Under the pieces are notes generated by a model. It did not search any database. It worked only from the letters and a program-made list of their open reading frames with translations, and was not told where the DNA came from. Below, in pieces: positions 42,242-50,032 of a stretch of DNA of 50,980 nt (positions are counted from its first letter, which is position 1; each line of letters starts with the position of its first letter). The position numbers and the translations under genes were made by a program. The DNA comes from Candidatus Heimdallarchaeota archaeon (lineage in GTDB: Archaea > Asgardarchaeota > Wukongarchaeia > Wukongarchaeales > JBHIFL01). The stretch lies in NCBI GenBank assembly GCA_046761065.1, contig JBHIFL010000022.1, positions 1 to 50,980 of the forward strand, read 5' to 3'.

Positions 42242-42457
42242 GGCCCGGCTGGGGTAGCCGCCCAAGACAAGTAGTTAAGCGGCCAAGTGGTTAACGTAAC
42301 AACGTCTTTAAAACCTGAGGGACTGTGGATCGATGTCTAGGGACATCCTCTAGCTCTCATAACCCTTCCCTTCGGGTAACCCGATAGGAGATTATTCGCC
42401 GCGGGTTCGATAAAGCTCTAGAGTACTAGAATTTCGAAAATCCCGCGCCGGGCCCCA
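42242..42457 (+). tRNA. trnH: tRNA-His(GUG) with encoded G-1 and CCA and five predicted introns
   Basis: G-1/GCCCGGC...GCCGGGC-C73-CCA acceptor; GGGT/ACCT D-stem; AGGGA-CT-GTG-G arm (anticodon 42325-42327); GCGGG/CCCGC T-stem; 140 nt of intervening sequence. Confidence 0.85.
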
Positions 42458-42499
42458 TTTCCTTTAAATGAAAATAAAGGCAAAATCTATAGAAATACA

Positions 42500-42634
42500 G
42501 CCGCCATAGCTCAGTTGGTAGAGCGTCTGGCTGTTAACCCGACGCCGGTTGGTGGCCGGAGACATAAACCAGATGGTCACAGCTCCGCACATTTGGCGTT
42601 GCGACTACAGGTTCGAGTCCTGTTGGCGGCGCCA
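42500..42634 (+). tRNA. trnN: tRNA-Asn(GUU) with two introns (37/38 and 50/51)
   Basis: GCCGCCA/TGGCGGC acceptor plus G-CCA; anticodon GTT at 42533-42535; introns 42537-42567 and 42581-42608. Confidence 0.93.
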
Positions 42635-42676
42635 CTCTTCTTTTTTTGTTATCACTGTTATTGGTAATTGTTGGTA

Positions 42677-42761
42677 TTTTCAGAAAAAAATTTCAATGGT
42701 CTTAGTAATAACTTACAACGGCTGTCCTTTTTTCAGAAATAACTTACAATGAAAGGAGTCC
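42677..42761 (+). repeat. Left repeat array (about 3 degenerate units) of the mer island
   Basis: Core AATAACTTACAA occurs twice; 42702-42731 matches the reverse complement of 46592-46621 at 29/30. Confidence 0.8.
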
Positions 42762-43123
42762 AGATCTCACACCCTTTATATTGGGGGCGTTGCATTTAAA
42801 CCTATTTTTCTTCATTTAATCATAAAACCTATTCGATAAGACTACCAACGCTTTATTATTAGGAACATAAAAAATGAGAATGGTTGATTTTTAAGTAAGA
42901 ACAGGATTATATGGAATGTATATACTTATGGCCAAAAAGATGGTTGATTCCTGGGAAGTGGGATCAGACCCCCAAATCTTGTGTGGACTTATTATTGTCA
43001 GTGACACTTTACAGGTAATAGGAACTTGTTTCAAGGTCTAATAACGGAATTTTTGATAAATTATAGCTTTTAAAAGATTTTATGCTTGATAGAACCTCCA
43101 TTAAGATAAGGTTATAAATAATA

Positions 43124-43139
43124 ATGATAAATATATCAT
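43124..43139. promoter_or_regulatory. Putative ArsR operator
   Basis: ATGATA-aata-TATCAT palindrome abutting the arsR ATG, just downstream of TATA-like TTATAAATA. Confidence 0.55.
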
Positions 43140-43466
43140 ATGACAAAAATATCAGATATCTTGATAACCTATCAATTGTTTTTCCAAGCCCTAGCAAATT
43201 ATTCGAGGCTTGCTATCCTTAGTCTCCTAGAGAAGGGGCCTAAGACGGTCACCGAGATAAGCAAGGAACTTGGGTTTGAACAGAGCCGGGTTTCGCATAA
43301 CCTAACGTGCTTAGCATTCTGTGGGTTCATAACCAGCGAGAGGAACGGGAAGAACAAGGTGTATTCCTTGAATACTGCCACCATCCAGCCCTTGCTCGGC
43401 CTTGTTGACCAGCACATCGAGAAGTATGCTAGTAATCTTCGGGAGTGTAAGGTGCTTAAACGATGA
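43140..43466 (+). CDS. ArsR/SmtB metal-sensing regulator
   Basis: 'FQALANYSRLAIL', 'QSRVSHNLTCLAFCG', 'YSL'. Confidence 0.9.
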   Translation: MTKISDILITYQLFFQALANYSRLAILSLLEKGPKTVTEISKELGFEQSRVSHNLTCLAFCGFITSERNGKNKVYSLNTATIQPLLGLVDQHIEKYASNLRECKVLKR

Positions 43467-43695
43467 GAACACCGCTGAATAAGACTAGTAAAGAGGCCCC
43501 ATAAAAAAGAACACAGGTTTAGCCTCTTTTGGGATATGGGCACTTTTAATTCTGTGCTGTGCACTTCCACTTGTCCTGATAGCAGGAGGGGCAACGGTTT
43601 TGGTAGGTATGATATTTCAACAAACGATTATATTGATTTCCGGGGCGTTTTTTATAATATTTAGTGGCCTAACCTACTTAAGACGGAGAATATAG
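43463..43695 (+). pseudogene. MerF/MerE/MerT-like small mercury transporter, frameshifted near its 5' end
   Basis: Frame 43501-43695 reads 'GIWALLILCCALPLVLIAGG...YLRRRI*' (two TM helices with a CC pair); the ATG at 43463 overlapping the arsR stop is off by one base at the C-run 43497-43500. Confidence 0.7.
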
Positions 43696-43718
43696 GATAA
43701 AATCAGGAGGAATACGCG

Positions 43719-45122
43719 ATGAGAAGTAAGAAAGAGTTTGATGTGATCATCCTTGGGGGTGGCGCAGCCGCCTTTGGAGCCGCGATGAAGGCGGATGAAC
43801 TGGGGGCGAAAACGGCGATGATCGAGCAAGGCACGCTTGGTGGAACCTGTGTCAATGTAGGGTGCTTACCGACAAAGCATCTCCTCCATGTGGCTGAACG
43901 AGTCCATTCCACAAACCATCATCTGGTCGTCGGGTTAACGAGTAAGGCGTCCATCCAATTTCAGACCATCATGGAAGAAAAGGATAACCTGGTTACCCAG
44001 ATGAGAGAAGAAAAATACGAGCAAGTGTTGGCCAATCTACCCAACGTCACCCTCATCCAAGGCTACGCTCGGTTCGTATCTAGGAATGCAGTGGAGGTCA
44101 ATGGGGAAACATATCAGGCCGAGCGATTCATCATTGCGACCGGCTCCTCCACCTTCATTCCCCCCATTAAAGGAATAGAAGAGACAAATTACCTCACCAA
44201 TATTGAGGCGCTGAGTTTAAAGCGCAGACCCGCCTCGATGATCGTCTTGGGCGGCGGCCCGTTAGGCGTGGAGTTCGCCCAGATGTATGCAAGATTTGGG
44301 ACCCAAGTGTGCATGCTCCAAAAGGCGGCAAGATTAGTCCCTCGCGAGGAGCCAGAACTCTCTAGATTGCTGCAACATTATTTAGAAACCGAAGGGATAG
44401 AGATCTACACTTCCGTTGACGTGCAAGCCACTTATAAAGAGGATCAAGAAGTAGTTGTCACCGCAATTGTCGATGGCGAAACAAGGGTATATCGAGCAGA
44501 AGCCTTGTTGGTCGCCACCGGGCGAAGGCCAAACACCTCCGGGTATGGGCTTGAACTCACTGGAGTCGAGCTGGATACGCGGGGAGGAATCATCGTGAAC
44601 AAAGAAATGCAGGCCGCGGAACATGTGTGGGCGGCGGGGGACGTGAAGGGGGAACCCATGCTGGAGACGATCGCGGCTCGGGAAGGCTTTATCGCGGCGC
44701 ACAACGCGCTCTCCCCTTCGAAGAGACAGATGGATTATACGGTTGTCCCTCATGCCATTTTTACTGACCCCCAGCTTGCTTCCGTGGGATTAACTGATGA
44801 ACAGGCCAACCAACAAGGCACCATCTGCAGCTGCAGGACAATCTCGATGGATCTCGTCCCGAAAGCCCGGACCATCAAAGATACGCGGGGCGCAATAAAG
44901 ATGGTCCTGGATAATGAAACGCAGCGAATCGTGGGGATCCACATTTTAGCTCCCACGGCCGCCGATCTCATCCATGAAGCCACCTTCATTCTCAAGGCGA
45001 ATCTGACGATTTATGATGTGATTGATACCCTCCATGTTTTCCCCACCTTGTCCGAGGGCATCAAAATCGCGGCCCAGTCGTTTGTCCGAGATGTCCGCAA
45101 GATGGCCTGCTGCGTAGAATAA
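43719..45122 (+). CDS. merA: Mercuric reductase (no NmerA domain)
   Basis: 'GGTCVNVGCLPTK' redox centre; 'HVFPTLSE'; C-terminal 'MACCVE' Cys pair. Confidence 0.92.
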   Translation: MRSKKEFDVIILGGGAAAFGAAMKADELGAKTAMIEQGTLGGTCVNVGCLPTKHLLHVAERVHSTNHHLVVGLTSKASIQFQTIMEEKDNLVTQMREEKYEQVLANLPNVTLIQGYARFVSRNAVEVNGETYQAERFIIATGSSTFIPPIKGIEETNYLTNIEALSLKRRPASMIVLGGGPLGVEFAQMYARFGTQVCMLQKAARLVPREEPELSRLLQHYLETEGIEIYTSVDVQATYKEDQEVVVTAIVDGETRVYRAEALLVATGRRPNTSGYGLELTGVELDTRGGIIVNKEMQAAEHVWAAGDVKGEPMLETIAAREGFIAAHNALSPSKRQMDYTVVPHAIFTDPQLASVGLTDEQANQQGTICSCRTISMDLVPKARTIKDTRGAIKMVLDNETQRIVGIHILAPTAADLIHEATFILKANLTIYDVIDTLHVFPTLSEGIKIAAQSFVRDVRKMACCVE

Positions 45123-45208
45123 CTTCAGGAGGAATTTTGATTGTAGTGAGCTAGCAATGAGGTACAATTTGGTGATGAATGTGATAGAGAAAAAAATTGG
45201 TGTGGACT

Positions 45209-45735
45209 ATGAATTTAAAGCTTTTAACTGAATTTCAAATATGGGGAAACAGAAAGGTACTCAAACTCTTAGAGACCCTTACTGAGGATGAATATTATTC
45301 CAATTTAGGCGAGAATATTGGGAGTATTCACCATAAATGTGCACACATAGTCAGTGTGTACGACTTTTTTATTAAAATCTTTGAAGATGAGCCTTTTCCT
45401 CGTTTCCGGACATGATCGGCTTAAGTAAGAATGAGATTTTAAAGAAATGGGATAATGCCCACCAACGATGGCTAGAATTCCTACAAAATCAATAAGAAGG
45501 CTTAGTTGGCTTGTCTTTGGCAAACGGACAAAGAATTGATGTGGTCCATATTTACAATGATGCCCTCTTGCATACGATTCATCATCGCGCCCAAATTCTG
45601 ACGGCTCTCAGGTTGCTCGGCAAAGATAAAAAGGCGGTCCATCCAAGGGATACCAATACTGACTATCTTCTGTATCTCTTCAGTGCGCAAAGGAATCTAA
45701 TTCACCCCCCTTTAGTGAAAAAAGGTGACAATTAA
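45209..45735 (+). pseudogene. DinB family protein, frameshifted
   Basis: 'GSIHHKCAHI' and 'HTIHHRAQI' in different frames. Confidence 0.75.
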
Positions 45736-45754
45736 ATCATTTTAAGGATCAATA

Positions 45755-46223
45755 ATGCCCGAATTAAACAACAACCATGAACCAAAAGAAGAACGAACCC
45801 CCTACCCTCAATACCCTCCTCTAGATGATAAAGAGAAGGAAAATTCCTGAAACACTCATCGCCGTCTTTTGCACATACAACGAAGATGGCACGATTCATA
45901 CCGATTCGGTCTGGTTCAAATACGAGATCGTGGCAATCCTCTTTGGCATCCAAGAGGTCAGTCGGAAGATTAGAAATCTGCAGCGCAACTGCCATGTCAC
46001 CGTCTTAATCGATACTCATGACCCACCCTATAAGGGCGTCTAAATCTATAGTATCACCGAATATGACTATGATGATATGATTGGCAAACGGGTAGCCATT
46101 TTTGAGAAGTACACCTTGCGGGAAAATGCTTAAAAATATGTGACTACTTATGCCCGTCAATTTAAACCAGTGATCGTACGAATCAAGCCCGAACGGGTCT
46201 TGAAATGGGATTACACGAAATAA
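45755..46223 (+). pseudogene. Pyridoxamine 5'-phosphate oxidase-like (PPOX class) pseudogene
   Basis: 'CTYNEDGTIHTDSVWF', 'KIRNLQRN..VTVLID', 'IKPERVLKWD' with stops and frameshifts. Confidence 0.75.
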
Positions 46224-46300
46224 CTTGGCGAAATCCCACAGTACCAAAATGCTAGTGTTACGAGGAGGAGCAGCATTCCCTGCTTTGTCCCTTTTGGATA

Positions 46301-46525
46301 CTATTTGACTCCAATATCATGTTTCTTAGAACGATGGCGAGTCAAACTGCTTTTCTTTTTGGTTCGAAATTCACAACCCGATTGGTTACAGGAATGCCAC
46401 ACGACGCCCATATTATGTTTATGGGCAAGATTTTGTTTTAGATTATTATGATGTTTTGCATGATACTCACAATGGGGGCAAGGATACCATGTGATCTCAA
46501 TCTCGTGTTTATCTACTAAATGTCC
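46301..46525 (-). pseudogene. Remnant of a tandem C2H2 zinc-finger array
   Basis: 'GHLVDKHEIEITWYPCPHCEYHAKHHNNLKQNLAHKHNMGVVWHSCNQSGCEFRTKKKSSLTRHRSKKHDIGVK*YP'. Confidence 0.8.
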
Positions 46526-46555
46526 TCAAGTTTCTAATGTCATTACAAACGGTTA

Positions 46556-46745
46556 CTAACAAAAGTGCACCCGTAGTAATTTTTTTCTAACAAAAGGACA
46601 GCCATTGTAAGTTATTACTAATAAAAGGGGACCTGTTGCAAGTTATTACTAATAATGGACACGAGTTATTATAGAATTCTTCTGAAAAAAAAGGAGACTG
46701 TCTATTATACTTGTATGTTTCATTGTTATTTTTTTTCTAAGAAAA
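46556..46745 (-). repeat. Right repeat array with 31-bp period, inverted relative to the left array
   Basis: CTAA anchors at 46556, 46587, 46618 and 46649; TTG(T/C)AAGTTATTACTAA occurs twice; further degenerate units to ~46745. Confidence 0.85.
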
Positions 46746-46825
46746 CTAGTAATTGTCAAAATGACTTGGATTGAATAAAAAATCTCCATTGATAATGGTC
46801 AAGACGTTTTACATATCATTTGGGT

Positions 46826-47419
46826 TCATTCGATGGGGATGTTTTGACCAGAAACATCCCCTTCCTTTGGGTGACGAATCTTGATAGTAACCTCTAACAC
46901 ACCGTTGTTATATTGTGCTTTGGCAGTTTCTGGTTGAACTTCGTAAGGAAGCGTTAATTTCTTTTGGTACATATACTCCCCCTTCCCAGCCTTGATCTGC
47001 ATCATCCGGTCAGTTGTTTTCAATTTAATGTCCTCTTTCCGAACTCCAGGGAGCTCTACAATGATTTTTAGTTCGTTAGGTCCTTCAATAATATCGATGA
47101 GCGGTTCTCGACTTTCAAAGGTGATTGCACCTCGCGGGCTGGGACGAACATTCCCAAATTCTTCAAACTGAGGTTGTCCTTCCGGACCAAGAGAATATTT
47201 AAATCCATAAACAAATGGCCTGCGTATCTTGAGATCTTTATCTGGTTTAACTTTGATCTCTTTGTCGAAATGTCGAATACGTGGTGGGAAATCCGGCCAT
47301 CTAGCGAAGTCTCGAAACATTGCATTGATATCTTTAAGCATTCGTTCGAAGATATCGTCCCAGTATCCTCGTCGACTTTTCTTCTTCCTGAATGGCCAGT
47401 CGTCGTTCCACCAGCTCAT
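46826..47419 (-). CDS. hsp20: Archaeal small heat-shock protein Hsp20
   Basis: 'PFVYGF...GPEGQPQFEEFGN', 'REPLIDI', 'ELPGV', 'YNNGVLEV'. Confidence 0.93.
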   Translation of the reverse strand: MSWWNDDWPFRKKKSRRGYWDDIFERMLKDINAMFRDFARWPDFPPRIRHFDKEIKVKPDKDLKIRRPFVYGFKYSLGPEGQPQFEEFGNVRPSPRGAITFESREPLIDIIEGPNELKIIVELPGVRKEDIKLKTTDRMMQIKAGKGEYMYQKKLTLPYEVQPETAKAQYNNGVLEVTIKIRHPKEGDVSGQNIPIE

Positions 47420-47470
47420 TTAATCCTTCTCCTTTCGAAACCTTCTATCATTAAGGTATTTATTATATTG

Positions 47471-47519
47471 GATAATATTATTTTGATGTTTCTTTATTAC
47501 GATAGCATTTAAATGTTAT
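47471..47519. promoter_or_regulatory. hsp20 promoter/operator, copy 1
   Basis: ATAGCATTTAAATGTTAT palindrome and a nearby GATAA...TGTT element, both shared with 49079-49131. Confidence 0.6.
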
Positions 47520-47759
47520 AAATGTCACAATTATTAATAAATAAATATAAAATTGGATGAAACCGATCCTTCTCTCACATATCAATGTCTGTAGGGATTC
47601 TAAGTACCTTTCGGTTTTCTAAACTCAGCTTAAAGAGAAAATAAAGCATTAATTAGCAATTCTTATTGGACACTGCTATTATAATAGGATATTTTACCAA
47701 ACTATTAACTGATCTGAGGAGAATTAATTTTGAGGGTTCGATTAAGACATGTTTTCGAA

Positions 47760-48353
47760 TCATATGCGTTCTTCAATGCAAGTTGGACATAGTGCAAAGC
47801 TTGTATAAATCGTGAGGACATCACTCCATTCCCCACAAATTTCACAGTAGCCTCCAGTAAGAATCGTTTCTCCTTCATTGAACTGTGTGATATTGTTATT
47901 CCAATGTAAGTGAATTAATTCCTGCAAGATATCCACAAGTTCTGGAACAATCCGTAAAACATCGGAGACGGTCAAGATGCCTACTGGAATCCCATTTTCA
48001 ACTACAACAAGCCGTCGAATTTTCTTAGTATTCATCAACATCATGGCTTGATATGTGGAGGTGTCTCGTGTAACTGACACAACGGGTTTCGAGGCGACCC
48101 GTCCAACAGGGTAGGTCTTGAGATCCCGATTTTGTAATATGCCTCGAGTAAGCAGATCGCGCTCAGTTAGAACTCCAAAGATTCGCCCTTCCTCGTCTAC
48201 AACGATCAGGGTTCCGATCTGATGTTGGGTCATGAGTCGTGCTGCCTTCCCGATCGAGGCATCAAATCGGATCATGATGAGATCACGAGACATGACATCA
48301 GACACCGGTAAATCTGCATGGATCTCCTCGATTAGAGGCATTCTATCTGCCAT
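47760..48353 (-). CDS. CBS-domain protein with C-terminal zinc ribbon
   Basis: Tandem CBS domains ('GVLTERDL', 'GILTVSDV') plus 'GYCEICGEWSD...LCPTC'. Confidence 0.9.
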   Translation of the reverse strand: MADRMPLIEEIHADLPVSDVMSRDLIMIRFDASIGKAARLMTQHQIGTLIVVDEEGRIFGVLTERDLLTRGILQNRDLKTYPVGRVASKPVVSVTRDTSTYQAMMLMNTKKIRRLVVVENGIPVGILTVSDVLRIVPELVDILQELIHLHWNNNITQFNEGETILTGGYCEICGEWSDVLTIYTSFALCPTCIEERI

Positions 48354-48530
48354 TAGAGTCAATTTTATTCTCCTCTTTCAAAGTTTTCCTTTATTGTTTG
48401 TTAAATAAGCTTTACAAGACTTTTAGACATCAAATCTTCGCGTTATATGCGTTCGTGCGAACTAATCCAAGACAGGATGACCCTAAATGTGGGATTAATC
48501 AGTTATGAAAAAAATGGGAAGTGACATACT

Positions 48531-49034
48531 TTACTCGATTTTAATTGCCTTTTTAGGTTCTTTCGGCTCTCGAGGGATTTGAATTTCTAGTATTCCTTTT
48601 TCTAGTTTAGCTTTAATTTCTTGATCAGTCATCACATCTTGCGGCAGGACAATTTGTCGGATAAAAGTGCCATATGCGCGTTCTTGCCGGATGTAACCCT
48701 CACCTTTTTCTTCTTCTTCGGATTTCCGTTCTCCTCGGATGGTAAGGTACTGGCCATCCACCTCAATATTAATGTCTTTTTTGTCTAACCCCGGAAGCTC
48801 CGCTCGAATAATGTAACCTTTGTCCTTTTGGATGACATCTATGACGGCTGTTCGGGGTATTGTATTAAATCGATCTAATGGTTTTCCCCAAAAGAAGTCA
48901 TCAATACTTCGACGGAAGTTGGTTAAAAGGGAGTTAAAATCGGACATCCAACTCCATGGGGAATTCTGCCACTGAACTATTGCTTTTGGTTTGTTAGTTC
49001 TTTGAACATCCAGATCATTTTCTTTATTAGCCAT
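48531..49034 (-). CDS. hsp20: Hsp20/alpha-crystallin small heat-shock protein
   Basis: 'AELPGLDKKDI', 'ERAYGTFIR', 'GILEIQIP'. Confidence 0.93.
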   Translation of the reverse strand: MANKENDLDVQRTNKPKAIVQWQNSPWSWMSDFNSLLTNFRRSIDDFFWGKPLDRFNTIPRTAVIDVIQKDKGYIIRAELPGLDKKDINIEVDGQYLTIRGERKSEEEEKGEGYIRQERAYGTFIRQIVLPQDVMTDQEIKAKLEKGILEIQIPREPKEPKKAIKIE

Positions 49035-49078
49035 TTTGGTTCACCTTGTGTATGATTTTTCGCTTTCGATATATTAAA

Positions 49079-49131
49079 ATAGATAACACTAATTTATTGT
49101 TATCTATAATATAACAACATTTAAATGTTAT
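49079..49131. promoter_or_regulatory. Divergent hsp20/regulator promoter with two palindromes
   Basis: ATAGATAACA-N9-TGTTATCTAT and AACATTTAAATGTT. Confidence 0.65.
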
Positions 49132-49153
49132 GATTTTCACATTCCTCCTAGGA

Positions 49154-49897
49154 ATGATTATGATTCTATCAGATGATAAAGAGGGCTTGGCACTCATTTC
49201 TAATGCATTAGGCAACCCTGTACGTCTTCAAATTCTTGCAAACCTCGCAAGAGGGGAAAAATACATCCTACAATTAGTTAGAGAGTTGGGGCAACCCCAA
49301 CAAGTGGTCTATCGCCATCTACGCTACCTCGAAAAAAAGGGTCTTATCAAATCTTCAGTTCGACATTATCGGACCTATAAAGGCAAAGATATTCCCCCAT
49401 CTCGGCAGCGGAAATATTATCGAATCGATCATACCTTGTCCATCAGTATTGACATTGGTCCCTTCCTTTTCTACCAAGATGTGACCCTGTTGTCAGAAGA
49501 TACAATGGAACAACTACCAAAGACCTTACAGAAGGAACTCAGGGAAATAGATCAACTCCAGGATAAAGCCAAACAAAAACTGCAATTATATCAAAAATTA
49601 CTCGAGTTAGAGCAACAAAACAAAGAATTGGAAGAGAACCATCACAAATTATTAGTCCAACGACACCATCTCCACGAACGCCTTAAAAAAATTCTTAATA
49701 CACTGTTTCCGTCACCGGAAGAGCAAGAAATCGCCTATCAGTTAATTGGGCAGGAATTTGAAAGCCTTGACGAACTGGCTCGCTATCTAGATATCCACCC
49801 GGAGTCCGTTAAAGCGATCCTCTCCAAGCTACGAGATCACATTGATTACCCCTTTCTTGAACCCCGGAAAACTGAAAGGTTTGAATCAATAAGGTAA
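49154..49897 (+). CDS. ArsR-family (Phr/HSR1-like) heat-shock regulator with coiled coil
   Basis: 'ALGNPVRLQIL', 'QQVVYRHLRYLEKKGLI', 'RKYYRI'; divergent from hsp20. Confidence 0.8.
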   Translation: MIMILSDDKEGLALISNALGNPVRLQILANLARGEKYILQLVRELGQPQQVVYRHLRYLEKKGLIKSSVRHYRTYKGKDIPPSRQRKYYRIDHTLSISIDIGPFLFYQDVTLLSEDTMEQLPKTLQKELREIDQLQDKAKQKLQLYQKLLELEQQNKELEENHHKLLVQRHHLHERLKKILNTLFPSPEEQEIAYQLIGQEFESLDELARYLDIHPESVKAILSKLRDHIDYPFLEPRKTERFESIR

Positions 49898-50032
49898 GAT
49901 TGTTTAATTACATATAAAAAACGTAATTATTTGTTCTGATGGCATTTTAGGGTTCTTAAGATGTTCCAGTTACTCTACTCAAACATTTAAGATAAATGCA
50001 TAAGGTTTGGACTGCAACAGGTTAGATGAAAA

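Larger units (their letters stand above)
42677..46745. mobile_element. Putative non-autonomous metal-resistance island bounded by inverted repeat arrays
   Basis: Begins ~40 bp after tRNA-Asn; inverted repeat arrays at both ends; cargo arsR, merF-like, merA and pseudogenes; no integrase or transposase inside. Confidence 0.55.

Noticed and set aside
42549-42752. 67-aa ORF
   Set aside because: Overlaps tRNA-Asn and the repeat array; spurious
46556-46745. CRISPR array or ORB-type replication origin
   Set aside because: Units abut one another with no unique spacers; no cas or cdc6 gene nearby; no match to the ORB consensus I know
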